Shown piece by piece: positions 1 through 12,883 of a DNA stretch of 64,000 bases. Both the position numbers and the translations under genes were made by a program. Numbering within the stretch: position 1 is the first letter of the stretch; every line of letters starts with the position of its first letter. Source of the stretch: Heterodontus francisci (Eukaryota); contig NC_090385.1 in the NCBI RefSeq assembly GCF_036365525.1, positions 48,885,130-48,949,129 on the forward strand, written 5' to 3'. The notes under the pieces are model-generated. The model had not been told where the DNA came from and searched no databases. It worked only from the letters and a program-made list of their open reading frames with translations.

Positions 1-320
1 ATTTCCCCATATCCTTTAATACCTTTGGATAACAAAAAAAATCGATCAATTTCAGATTTAAAATTAATTGACCTAGCATCAACTGCTGTATGCAAAACAG
101 AAATCCAAACTTCTACTGCCCTTTATGTGCCGTTTCCAAACTTCCTGAAACATCTAGGTCTAATTTTTAGATTGCGTCCCCTAGTCCTAGATTCCCCAAC
201 CAGCCAAAATTTTTTAACCTACCCTATCTGCTTTCCTTGATATCCAGAAAACTTTGATCAAATCATCCTTTAACCATCTAAGTTCCAGGGAATACAACTC
301 TACTTTGTGTAATTTTTAAA
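1..320 (-). mobile_element. CR1 LINE 3' fragment
   Basis: Reverse complement resembles the RT C-terminal/3' part of the other CR1 copies (e.g. 12074-12425). Confidence 0.7.
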
Positions 321-324
321 ATTT

Positions 325-545
325 CATTTATGGGTATGTGGACGTCGCTGGCTAGGCCGGCATTTATTGCCCATCCCTAAATGCTCATGAGAAGGTGGTG
401 GTGAGATGCCTTCGTGAACTGCTGCAGTCCATGCGGGGTAGGTACACCCACAGTCCTGTTAGGAAGAGTGTTCCAAGATTTCGACCCAGTGGTGGTAGAG
501 GTCGCGGGTTTGGAAGGTGCTGTCTAAGCAGCCCTGGTGCGTTGC
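325..545 (-). mobile_element. LINE 3' end fragment (CR1/L2-type)
   Basis: Same family as 46000-46290 in the opposite orientation (GGGCAATAAATGCYGGCCTWGCCAGC tail). Confidence 0.6.
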
Positions 546-569
546 TAATAATCAAACATCCATCAATAC

Positions 570-752
570 AAACTTGCATTTAGAAAGCACCTACCACTTC
601 CTCAAGACATCCAAAGCACTTTAGAGCCAAAGTTTTTTGTAATCACCGCTATAATGTAAGCAAATATAGGGGCCAATATGCACACAGCAAGGTCCCACAA
701 ACACCAGAGATGAGCAAAGGTATCTGTTTTAAGGATAAATGTTGGCCAGGAA
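570..752 (-). mobile_element. Deu-domain SINE (SacSINE1-like) 3' fragment
   Basis: Matches the tail of the copy at 63350-63795 (cacagcaaggtcccacaaac). Confidence 0.6.
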
Positions 753-1039
753 TAATAGAGCCATTACTTCAACAAGCCCTTTAATTTAAAAACAATTTAA
801 TTCAAATCACACAGATCAAGCATTATGCAGCAAACTTTCTGGGCGCAGCCACTGCAATAACACATCATCCAGCGTTGCTAAGGTTACACGATTTGCAACA
901 GTAAAATTGTTTGCGAAAATACTGAGAGATAGGGAAGTCTGCATTAAGACTTAGAAAGATTACAATTTCCACGAAAAGCATCACTGAGAAGTGAAAAAGT
1001 AAAATTACTCAAGCAGGCCCCTTCATGCTTCCAGTTATT

Positions 1040-1720
<681 letters not shown>

Positions 1721-1728
1721 CAGAGGTT

Positions 1729-2072
1729 AGGTCACTGACCCGAAACGTTAACTCTGCTTCTCTTTCCACAGATGCTGCCAGAACTGCTGAGTGGTTGCAG
1801 CATTTCTTGTTTTTATTCCTGTTCCTCCCGGGCTCAAACCAACACGTTGATAAAAGCAAAATACTGCAGAAGCTGGAAATCTGAAATAAAAACAAAAAGT
1901 TCTGGAAATCTGAAATAATAAAAAGAAATAAAAACAAAAAGTGCTGGAAAATAATCAGCAGGTCTGGCAGCATCTGTGGAGAGAGAAGCAAAGCTAACGT
2001 TTCATCAGAACTGGTGAAAGGTCAGATGCTGCCAGACCTGCTGAGTATTTTCCATCACTTGTTTTTATTTCA
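1729..2072. mobile_element. Cluster of Penelope-like terminal-repeat fragments in mixed orientation
   Basis: Motif aaagcaaaatactgc...gctggaaatactcagcaggtctggcagcatctgtggagagag is shared with the ends of the GIY-YIG elements at 11113 and 47335. Orientations are +, -, +. Confidence 0.75.
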
Positions 2073-2328
2073 AACCAAACCTTTGTTGGCTTGGTGATGG
2101 CCAACTGGTGATTATACACCTTCAGGTTGGGGAAGGTGATGAGTCCTTTAAAATTGGCTCCAAGATGACACCCTGGCAATGGGGACTTTAAGCAAATTTT
2201 TTGAAAATAAACTGGTAAGGAGATATTGGGTTTGTCTCAGCGTATGCAAAAAAAATCAATCAAAAGGTCCCCATTTAGAGGAGTCTAAGTAATTTTTTTT
2301 AAAAACCCTTAAAAAAAGGAAATAATAT

Positions 2329-2872
2329 TGGCCTGGACTTTTTGGTCAGTGGCAAAGGAAAGACGCTCGCTGTTCATCTGGAAAAGCTGCATCACAAAGT
2401 TTTAGCAAGCTGTTGGGCCTTGAAACAGGACAGGCAGCCTGGTCAACCAATTAGATTGGAACATTCACATCAGATTATGTGAGAAACAAATAAGAAAAGA
2501 CAAACCTCTTTTTAAAAATCTGCAACATTTAAATTTTCGTTTGCGGGAATGCGATTTCACATTTGCAAAATCAATTTTTCAGGGCCAAAGAGGTTGTTCA
2601 GCAGTAATTATGACTCAGTACACAGTTAAAAGCTCAGTTACTCTTGATTAAACAAGGCTTAAATTTTTCATCAGCCTTTACAGCGAGAATAATGGATAAT
2701 TTGTTTAAATTTGCGCTAAATCATTGCTGATTCCAATGGTGAAGACTGCAACAGGACACCCTGTGGAGGAGCAGAGTATCTCTGACAGGAATTTCCAGGT
2801 TTAACTGTGCATGTGTGGACAAATGGCGAGCGCTGATAGCCTTGCTGTTATTACTACAACAAATTCCGAGCC
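2329..2872. mobile_element. Possible old MITE
   Basis: Imperfect inverted termini aatattggcctggactttt ... aaattccgagccaatatt. Confidence 0.35.
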
Positions 2873-3054
2873 AATATTATTTCCAGTGTGCAGTATACGC
2901 TCCAGTCCCTGCAGTGCTCATGGGTCATGGAAAGCCTCAAGCACTGTGTATTCCTTCTTCAGGGCGAGCCTTCTATAGCAGGTCAGGTTGGCTGTTAGCT
3001 AAACTGCAATTTCCCGACATAGAACTTAGCAAAAGCTGTATTAACAATTTTTCT

Positions 3055-6000
3055 AAAGCTCAGTTGTAGCAGTCACACCTCTGACAGAAAGTTGTTGGTT
3101 CAAGTCCCACTCAGTAAATTGACAGCACAGTGTAGGACTGAGGGAGTTGTAGATTCCAGATGAGATGTTAAAGTGAAGCTGCCTGTCAGGTGGATGTAAA
3201 AGATCCCACAGCAAGGGAGTAGGACAGGGCTTTAGACTAACAGTTGGGGGAGGGTTCAGGTGATCGGAGATTTAGAAATCCAAATCGAAAGGTCAAGGCA
3301 TAGGAGCAGTATAGGGTTGAGAGTAAAGACAAACAGAATGGGACAGAAAGGTACAGAGAGTTTAACAAAATTTTACATCAGCAAATAGGGTCATTGCAGG
3401 GAATAGAAGTAAAAAAAATGAACTTAAAGCTTCTTTATCTGAATGCACAAAGCATCTGCAATAAGACAGATGAACTAGTGGCACAAATAGGGGTAAATGA
3501 TTTAGATCTAATCGGCATTACAGAGACATGGTTACAAGGTGATCAAGGTTGGGAAATAAATATTCCAGGGTACACAATATTTTGGAAAGATAGACAGAAT
3601 GGCAAAGAAGGAGGGGTAGCCCTGATAGTAAAGGATGACATAAGGACATTAGTGAGAAAGGATCTGGCCTCAGAAGATCATGAAGTAGAATCAGTACGGT
3701 TGGAAATTAGGAATAGCAAGAATCAGAAAACACTGGTGGGAGGAGTTTATAGGCTCTCTAACAGTAGTTATACCATCGGACAGGGCATTAAACAAGAAAT
3801 TATTGGAGCTTGTAACAAGTGCAATGTAATAATTTTGAGGGTCTTTAATCTTCTTATTGACTGGGACAATGAAATTGGCAAGATAGGTCCATCAGATGAA
3901 TTTGTAAAATGTTTTCTTGACAATTTCTTGGAGCAATACATTGTGGAACCAACTAGGGATAAAGCTATCTTAGATCTAGTATTGTGTAAGGAAACAGGGT
4001 TAATTAGTAATGTCATAGTAAAAGATCCACTGGGCAATAATGATTATAATAGTATTGAATTCCATGTTTAGTTTGAAAGTGACATACTCCAATCACAAAC
4101 AAGAATCTTAAATTTAAAGTCAATTACATAGGTATGAGGGGAGAACTGGCTAAGATTAATTGGGTAAATAGACTAAAAGGTATGGTGGTAAATGAACAGT
4201 GAGAAACATTTAAAGAAACAATTCAAAATGTTCAACAAAAATACATTCCATTGAAAAACAAAAGTTCAGCAAGAAGGACACATCCGTGGCTCACTCAAGA
4301 AGTTAAGAGTAGACTTAGATTAAAAGAAGAGACTTGCAAGAAACAGTAGCAAATCTGAGGATTGGGAGTGTTTTAGAAACCAGAAAGTTAATAAAAAGGG
4401 AAAAAATAGAATGAGAGTGAACCAGCCAGTAATATAAAAAACAGACTGTAAGAGCTTTTATAAGTATATAAAAAGGAAGAGAGTAGCTAAAGTAAATGTT
4501 GGTCCCTTAGAAGTAAAGACAGGAGAAATTATCATGGGAATGAGGAAATGGCAGAGACATTGAACAAATATTTTGTGTCTGTCTTCACAGTAGAAGACAT
4601 AGTTTCATACCAGAAATAGACGGTAACCTAGGGGCTAAAAAGAGTGAGGAAATTAATATCAGCAAAGAAAAATTATGGGAGAAATTAAGGGACTAAAATC
4701 TAACAAATCTCCGGGACCAAGTGGCCTACACCCTAGGGTTCTAAAATAGATAGCTGCAGAGATAATGGATGCAATAGCTATGATTTTCCAAAATTCCTTA
4801 GGTTCAGGAATGGTCCCACCAGATTGGAAGTTGGCAAAACGTATACCGCTTTTCGAGAAAGGAGGGAGAGAGAAAACAGTTAGCCTAACATTAGTCGTTG
4901 GAAACTATTATTAAAGAAGTTGTAACACTGCACTTAGAAAAACATAGTATGATTAGAACAAGTCAACATGGTTTTACTAAAGGGAAATCCTGTTTGACAA
5001 ATTTATTGGAGTTTTTTGAGGATGTAACTAGTAGGGTAGATAAAAGGGAATCAGTAGATGTAGCATACCTAGATTTCCAAAAGGCATTCACTAAGGTGCC
5101 ACACAAAAACTTAATAGGCAAGATGAGGGCTCATGGAGATAGGGGTAATATATTTAGCATGGATAGAGGATTGGTTAACGGACAGGAAGGAGTGGGCATA
5201 AACGAGGCATTTTCAAGTTGGCAGGCAGTTAATAGTGGAGTGCCACAAGGATCAGTCCTGGGGCCTTAGCTATTTACAATCTATATCAATGACTTAGATG
5301 AAGAGACAGAGAATAATATTCTAAATTTTCTGATGATACAAAGCTAGGTAGAAAGATAAGCTGTGGGGAGGACACAGAGAGGCTGCAAAGAGATCTAGAC
5401 AGGTTAAGTGAGTAGCTAACAAGATGACAGATGGAGTATACTGTAGGGAAGCGTGAATGTATTCACTTTGGTCGTAAGAATAGAAAAGCAGAATATTTTT
5501 TAAAAGGTGTGAAACTTGTAAGTGTTGCTTTTAAAAGAGACTTGGGAATGCTCATACAAGGAATACAAAAAGTTAGCATGCAGGTACAGCAAGCAATTAG
5601 GAAGGCAAATAGCATGTTGGGCTTTATTGCAAGGGAATTGAAGTACAGGAAAAAAGAAGTATTGCTACAATTGTACAGAGTTTTGGTGAGACCACATCTG
5701 GAATGCTGTGTGCAGTTTTGGTCTCCACATTTAAGAAAGGATATACTAGCTTTGGAAGCGGTACAGCGAAGGTTCACTAAATTGGTCCCTGAGATGATGG
5801 GGTTGTCCTATGATGCAAGGCTTAGTAAATTGGGCCTATACTCTGGAGTTTAGAAGAATGAGAGGCGATCTCATTGAAACATACAAAATTCCGAAGGGGC
5901 TAGATAGAGTAGACACTGAGAGATTGTTTCCCCGAGCTGGGGAATCTAAAACACGGGGGCACCGTCTCAGGATAAGGGGCCGATCATTTAAGACTGAGAT

Positions 6001-6487
6001 GAGGAGAAATTACTTCACTCAAAGGGTTGTGAATCTTTGGAATTCTCTACCCCAGAGAGTTGTGGATGCTCCATTGTTGAACACATTTAAGGCTGGGATA
6101 GATAGATTTTTAGTCTCTCTGGGAGTCAAGGGATATAGTGAGCGGGCAGGAAAGTGAAATTGAAGCCTAAGGTCAGCCATGATCATATTAAGTGGCGGAG
6201 CAGGCTCGATGGGCCATATGGTCTATTTTTGCTCGTATTTCCTTTGTTCTTGTGTTCATGTGAGTGCTCCCAGTCTCCTGCCCAATATTTATTCCTCAAC
6301 CAACATCTAAAACAGATGAAATGGTCATTTATTTCATTGCTGTTTCTAGGAGTTTGCTGTGCATAAATTGGCTTCTACGTTTCCTACATTACAACAATGA
6401 CTATACTTCAAAGTACTTCATTGGCAGTAAAGCACTTTGGGACATTCTGAGATCAGGAAAGGCACAACATAAATGCAAGTTCTTTTG
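3055..6487 (+). mobile_element. Deu-domain SINE (SacSINE1-like) split by a CR1 insertion (pieces 3055-3212 and 6260-6487)
   Basis: Head and Deu-domain (gatgagatgttaaa...caggtggatgtaaaagatccca) stop at ~3212 and resume at ~6260 (ccaatatttattcctcaacc). Collinear with the uninterrupted copy at 40985-41420. Confidence 0.75.
3213..6259 (+). mobile_element. CR1 LINE, near-complete ORF2 (APE endonuclease + RT), degenerate
   Basis: ORF pieces YLNAQSI..IGITETW..GGVAL (APE), QHGFTKGKSCLTNL, YLDFQKAF, SGVPQGSVLGP, LVRPHLE.CVQFWSP and a CR1 3' tail. Multiple stops and frameshifts. Confidence 0.95.
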
Positions 6488-6569
6488 CTTGTATCTTAAG
6501 AATCAGCTCAAGTATAAGTCTATTACATATCCTTACAAGAATTCCCACTGAAAATATATAACACAGGTG

Positions 6570-7145
6570 TTACATCACCCATCTCTGCGCCTGTCTCAGC
6601 CCAGCCGCTGCTGAAACCCTCATCCATGCCTTTCTTGCTGCTAGATTGGAATAGTCAGATGCTCTCCCGCCAGCCTCCCATCTTCCACCGTCCATAAAAG
6701 TTAGCTCTTCCAAAACTTATATTCTATTTCGCACCAAATCCCGCGCATCCATTACTCTTTTGCCTGCTATATTGGCTACCCAGTCCAGTAACATCTCAAT
6801 TTTAAAATTCTCATCCTTGTTTTCAAATCCCTCCATGGACTCGCCCCTCTCTATCTCTATAACCCCTCCAGCCCGCCGAGATCTCTGCGTTCCTCCAATT
6901 CTGGCCTCTCGTGCATCCCCAATTTTAATTGCTTCACAATCGGCATCCATGCATTCAACTGCCTAGGACCTTAGTTGTGGAATTTCCTCCATAAATCTCC
7001 CTACCTTGCTCTCCTTCTTTAAGATGCTGCTTACAACCTACGTTTTCGATTGTCTTCTGTCCTGCTATCTGCTTATGTAGCTTGGTGTCAAATTTTGTTG
7101 ATGTTTTACAATGTTAAAGATGCTATATAAATGTAAGTTTTCATT
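6570..7145 (+). mobile_element. L2-type LINE 3' fragment
   Basis: Encodes AAETLIHAFLAARLE..., resembling the L2 LIHAFVTSRLDY motif, followed by an L2-like tail (gctatataaatgtaagt). Confidence 0.75.
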
Positions 7146-7189
7146 GTATCAAGTCCATTCGCAACAGAACTCTTGCAAAATGGCACATC

Positions 7190-8263
7190 TACATGGCAAT
7201 TTGTGCAATAAACAGCAGACCATGACAGTATGTGCCACTCAACCTGGGGCATATTATAAGAACCTTTGAGAAGTCCAGACATCTGAACCTCTGCTTATAA
7301 TGATCCTGATTGTGCCCTTGGTTCAATTTTATCTGTGCGGCTCGAGTGTGGTGGGGTTGTGCAGAGATGTCAGCAGCCATAACTTGTTCCACAACAACCA
7401 TCCTGCTATGCTTCTTTCAGGGTCAAATAGTGGGAGATGATAGCGCATTTGAAAATAAATGCATTGTGGCAGCTCCCCTGGGTACCTTGCGTAGACCTGA
7501 ATGATGCAGTTCTTGTGAATGGCTACTAGCTGTACATTGATAGAGTGGTATCCTTTTCTGTTTACGAATGTTGCTGGCTCGTATGCCTGGTCCTCCAATG
7601 TCCACGTATGTACAGCCATTCACATGCTACGTCCGAGGGAAGCCAGTCATAAACCCTTTCCTGTTGACTGCTAAGGTCAGTGGGAAATGTGCTATACTGC
7701 TCAGCCCTGGCAAACAGTGCTGCTTATTGCAGCTGATGTCGCCAATTTGCCTATGTAAGTGTCCAATTGTGGGCAGATTGGGGATGCAGCCTGGCTTTTC
7801 CTGGCAGCAGATGAGCCCCCTGCTGTGGCCAAAGCCCAGCAAGTGCCTGGAGGCTGCTGGCTGGGGGACCTGGGAGGCCTCCAATATTTACCCCCCAACG
7901 GAGCCACATGAATCAGCATTCATTAGCTGCAGGTCGTCCTGTGGGTGGGCAGCTTTGGCCACAGTTTATTTTAACAAAATTGAGATGTCTTCAGAGGGTG
8001 CCTCAAGATGGAGGCACCCTCGCTGTCCCCCTCCGACTGTGGCAGCACTCATCTCTGCTGGTGGGGGTGCCATCCATCCAAGGCTGCAGCAGCCTCAGGA
8101 ACTCACCCACCATCCTTAATTGGGCGGCAGACACAGAGGCAGCCAATTAGAAGGCTGCTTCCTGGAAGATCGTGCCGGCAGGAACGCTGCCAGCAAGTGC
8201 GGGGCCGGGACCTAGAAATGGTCCCAATCCAAGGTTATTTTAAAAATTGTTAAGATTCTGCCC
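7190..8263 (-). mobile_element. PIF/Harbinger transposase relic with upstream non-coding region and TIR
   Basis: ORF 7329-7619 contains FVNRKGYHSINVQLV...ARYPG (Harbinger/HARBI1 DDE motif). TIR-like taagattctgccc ends at 8263. Confidence 0.8.
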
Positions 8264-8289
8264 GTGGTTGAAAAGAATCTGACCTGTAA

Positions 8290-10127
8290 AAGAGTGAAGA
8301 ATGACACAACAGGGGAGGGTGCAGGCTCCAAGGTTTTCAGACAGTCCTTGAAGGTCTTGGTAGTGAAGGTGGAAAGGAGGAGACATGTCCTGTACTGGTG
8401 GAGCTGGGGATGAGGGAAGGAGGTCCTCCAGGCACACCATCAAAAAAAAACAAGATGAGATAGCCATGGATGTCAATGCCAGGAATGAAGCCCTGGGAAC
8501 CTGGATGCAGTGCCGCAAGAAGTCCAGTGACCTCATATGAGTAGTCAAGGTCAGTGAATGCATCTTCAAATGCCATATCCTACCAACTGTACCAGTAGCC
8601 TCAGACACTGCTCAAATCACCACAACTCCATCATTCATCTTTAAACAATATCCATCAATCAGGCTTCATACCTAATAGTCATATGCTTCACAGCACCCTC
8701 ACACACTTAGCACTGCTAAATACCTCACACCACATCTCACAGGTGGCACACACTCCCAGCTACAGCCACATCAGCCAACAGATTGCATGACACTCATTTT
8801 CACACTTATCTCTCTGTTGCTGGACAATGTGGTGCACAACTGGAAGTCGCAAGAGCCAACTGGAGGGGGACAGGCATGCCTGCATGTCCAAATTCCCATG
8901 CCTATTCCCTTCCTCTTCTTCCTACTCTTCCTCCTCCACCCTCCCATGCTTCTTCTCATATCCCACTTCTCCCTCATCCCACACACTCCTGATTTACGTG
9001 TTGAGGATGGTGTAAGCATACACCTCTTACTTTCCCCCTCTTCTACCGCCACAACTTTACCCTTATGTGGATGATCATTGATTGCTGAGACCGTGATCAG
9101 CGGTGGGGATGAAACCATCGAAGGTGAAAAAATCCTCTTGCCGAATCCTCCTTCTCGCATCCCACTTCTTCATCATCCCACATTCTCTTCTGATTTACAA
9201 GCTGCAGATGGTGTAAGCAGGCGCCTCTTACTTTCCCTCTCTCCCACTACAACCTTACCCTTGTGCCTTTTTTCTTTCAGATACCCAAGAACTACAACCT
9301 GGCCAGGCAATGGAGGAACACCAAGGAGAAAGTGATGATGAAGACACAGCACCACATTTGATTTCACACTTGCAGTCACCAGCTCAGATGCTGGCAGTGC
9401 ATATATTTTGGAGCAAAGGCGATTGAGGGGAGATTTAATTGAGGTGTACAAGATTATGACAGACTTAGATAAGTTAAACAAGGAAAAACTGTTCCTATTA
9501 ACTAATGGTACAAAGACTAGAGGAGACAGATTGAAGGTTTTGGGCAAGAGATGCAGGGGTGGTGGAAATGGAGACAATCAATGATTTCAAAAGGAAATTG
9601 GATGGCCACTTGAAGGAAATAAACATGTAGGGCTACGGGGAATGAGCAGGGGATTGGGTCTGACTAGATTGTTCTGTGGAGAGCTGGCATGGATTCGATG
9701 GTCCGAATGGCCTCTTTCTGTGCTGTAACTTACTCTATGCCTATAGGTGGGATTTGCATGCGGTGAGACACTGGCCACGATTGGGCTGCAGCCAGGACAA
9801 GGGGCAAGGATGGTGCAGGTGCCAGCTCACTGGAGGATGAGGTCACACACAGGTTCTGCTGCAGAGGATTCAGATGAGGACTTTGATGGGGCAGCCTACA
9901 GAAGAATGCTGATGGGTATGCACAATGAAATGCTTGGTGTATGGGGAAGCTTGACAGAAAACCTGCAGTCAATATCAAAGAGCATGGAGAAGTCCAGCAT
10001 CAACATGGCACAGGGCTTTGTGCAGAGCTTGGAGCCCATCCTTCCCAGCATGGAAGTGTTGACCAACTCTGTTCACACACTTGTCGACCCAACCATGATA
10101 CACCATCTAATGGCTGATGTCACAGAC
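8290..10127 (+). mobile_element. Harbinger Myb/SANT-like (ORF2) intron-containing pseudogene
   Basis: MTQQGRVQAPRFSD..LKVLVVKVERRRHVLY...WMQCRKKSSDL (NAIF1/Myb-SANT-like). Donor AAG|GTCAGT at ~8549 and acceptor ttctttcag at 9280. Homologous to 48165-49430. Confidence 0.7.
9408..9740 (+). mobile_element. CR1 3' fragment inserted in the Harbinger Myb gene
   Basis: LEQRRLRGDLIEVYKIM and a 3' tail similar to 34560-34930. Confidence 0.85.
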
Positions 10128-10285
10128 ACAAAAACAGAAAATGCTGGAGATACTCAACAGGTTTGAAAGGTCACACAGGCCAGAAATGTTAACCTTTTTT
10201 TTCTCCACAGATGCTGCCTGACCTGCTGAGTATTTCCAGCATTTTCTGTTTTTGTTTCAGATTTCCAGCATCTGCAGTATTTTGC
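10128..10285. mobile_element. Penelope-like terminal repeat fragments in inverted arrangement
   Basis: aaaaacagaaaatgctggagatactca ... tgagtatttccagcattttctgttttt. Confidence 0.7.
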
Positions 10286-11184
10286 CCTTGCCCTGTGGGC
10301 TTTCTGAGTATCTAGTCTTAGAATTGACATTAATGCCTTTGCTAAACAGTGTGCTGCAGAGGACAGCTCAGGTGGAAGAGTTTATTACTGTTGTGTGTAC
10401 TACTATGCTGGATGGCTTTGCAACACTGCAGTCCACCATGAAGTACGTGGCAACTACAGAGACATCTGCAGTAGTGCTACCCCTGCCAGAAGCCCGAAGA
10501 GCAGTTTGAGTTGTCCCACAATATCCTTGCTCTGTGGCATTCCCCCTTACCATTGTTTTGAGGAGGAAGGATCAGGAGGAAAAACTGAGGGAGGCCAGAG
10601 CAGCTAGGCAGCATTGCACTGGTTGGCACCTACCCACAGATCCCTACACCACCATGCCACTGAATTAGGTGCTTCTACCTAAACCAATCAAGACACAACT
10701 GTCTGAGAAGCTGCACAACTTGTGGGAAACTATAAAAGAGTTGTGCCAGCTTCTTGTCCTGGAGCCTATCTTAACCAAACCACAGCACTCTCAATAATAG
10801 AGAAAATCACAGTGACATTCAATTTATGCTCCAGAGGTTTCTTTCAGACAATATTGGTGGATGTGTGTCACAATAATCAACTGGTAGCCCCACAAAAAAT
10901 CAGATTTCAAAGAACGACCCAATTTATAATTTTCCTGGTGGATCAGGCACATCACTGGGAAAGGCTGGATTTCCTGAGGTCCAAGTGGCAATCAATTGTA
11001 CACATCAAAATATATGCACTGTTATAGAATGCTACAATATACGACTGCAAGAAAAGGATTCACTGCCTTGCTGTGCAGCTGGTGTGAATATCAAACACAT
11101 CATCATGCATGTAAACAAAAGCAAAATACTGTGAGCGCTGGAAATACTCAGCAGGTCTGGCAGCATCTGTGGAGCAAGAAACAG

Positions 11185-11221
11185 AGTTGACGTTTCAGAT
11201 CTGTGACTTTTCATCAGAATT
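11185..11221 (-). ncRNA. Minimal type I hammerhead ribozyme-like motif (degenerate) in PLE terminus
   Basis: Minus strand AAUU-CUGAUGA-A-AAGUC-ACA-GAUCU-GAAAC-GUC-AACU. Both core boxes and a GUC triplet are present; stems I and II each carry a mismatch. Confidence 0.6.
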
Positions 11222-12073
11222 GGGAAAAGTTGGAAATGTATTAGGTTTTGAGCACATAAAAAAGGGAGATGGTGGGAAGAACAACAAAAGGGAAGGTCTG
11301 TGATAGAGTGGACAGCAGGAGAGATTAAATGACCAAAGATTTCATGGTGCAAGACCAAAGGGAGTGGTAATGGGACAAGTAAAGAAACAAATGATGTGGC
11401 TAGAGGAGGTGTGAATGGCAGGATCCTGATAGCTGCTGTCCAAGAAACAAAGTCAAGGAAATAAGACAGAAACGAGAGAAAAAACACAAACCAGCAAAGA
11501 AAAACGAAACAAAATGGGTGCGGAGGTTATGATCTAAAATTGTTGAATTTAATGTTGAGTCCAGAAGGCTGTAAAGTGCCCAGTCGAAAGATGAGGTGCT
11601 GTTCCTCGAGCTTGCATTGAGCTTCATTGGAACACTGCAGCAAACCAAGGACAGAAAGGTCAGAGTGGGAGCAAGGTGAGAATTAAAATGACAGGTGACG
11701 GGAAGCTTGGGGTCATACCTGCGGACTGAATGGTTCTGCAAAATGGTCACCAAGCCTGCGTTTGATCTCAATCTGGAGGAGACCACATTTTGAGCAGTGA
11801 ATACAAAATACTAAATTGAAATAAGTACAAGTAAATTGCTGTTTCACCTGGATGGTGAGAAGGGAGAAGATAAAAGGGCAGGTGTTGCTTCTCCTGGGCT
11901 TGCATGAAAAGGTGCCATAGGAAAGGGAGGGGGTGTTAAGGGTAACTGAGGAGCGGACCAGGGTATCATGGAGGGAATGGTCCCTTCAGAATGCTGGGAG
12001 AGGAAGATGTGTTTGGTGGTGGCATCACTCTTTAGGTGCCAGAAATAGTGGGGGTGATCTGTTGAATACAGAG

Positions 12074-12425
12074 AAACATAGGAGCAGGAGTAGGTCATTC
12101 AGCCCATCGAGCCTACTGTGCCATTCAATATGATCATGGCTGATCATCCAATTCAGTGCTTTTTTCCAACACTATCCCCAAATCCCTTTATGTCATTGGT
12201 ATTTAGAAATCTGTCAATCTCTGCTTTAAACATATTCAATGACTGAGCTTCCATAGCCCTCTGGTGTAGAGAATTCCAAAGATTCATAACCCTCTGAGTA
12301 AAAAATTTCTCCTCATCTCAGTCTTTAGTGGCTTCCCCCTTATTTTGAAATTGTGTCCCCTGGTTCTAGATTCCCCAACCAGAGGAAACATCTTACCTGC
12401 ATCTACCCTGTCTACCCCTTTAAAG
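12074..12425 (-). mobile_element. CR1 3' fragment with 10-bp TSD
   Basis: GAATACAGAG flanks both sides (12064-12073 and 12426-12435). Confidence 0.88.
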
Positions 12426-12883
12426 GAATACAGAGGCTGATAGGATGGAAGGTGAGGATAAGGGGAACCCTATCGTGGTTCTGGGAGTGAGGGGAAGAGG
12501 GTGAGAGCAGAAGTGCATGAAATAGAACAGACATGCATGTGAATGCCTGCTCTCCAGGGAACTGTCTCGATTCTTTTGTCGTCCAATTTTTAAACTCTTA
12601 ACATTACATGTAACTATAATTTCCTAATTTTTTTAATATTCCAGTTGAGTGATTGCAATATAGTAACAAAATATGTACAACCTATTCAGGTTCAGGAGCA
12701 CAATGTTATTTCCCTCAATAAAAGCTGGAACTGACGATGTTACCCGTTGTGGTCAGGAGGTATGTAAATGAGGTGCAGATTGACTCACCTGATGACTTTT
12801 TTCCCTTCCTATTTGTTCTGAGAAAGCACTCATTTGAAGTGGATAGCTCCAGGTCACAGTTTGTTCCTTAGTTTACTGGATGT

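Larger units (their letters stand above)
11113..12535 (-). mobile_element. Penelope-like element 3' part (GIY-YIG endonuclease relic + terminal repeat)
   Basis: Frameshifted DPKLPVTCHFNS...NEAQCKLEEQHLIFRLGTLQPSGLNIKFNNFR, typical of the PLE GIY-YIG C-terminus. Interrupted by CR1 at 12074-12425. Confidence 0.85.

Noticed and set aside
1850-1960. CRISPR-like repeat array (tctgaaataaaaacaaaaag repeats)
   Set aside because: Irregular short duplications of a Penelope terminus in a vertebrate genome; no spacers or cas genes.
7329-7619. Domesticated HARBI1 gene
   Set aside because: Short frameshifted fragment lacking the rest of the DDE domain, with a TIR-like end nearby.
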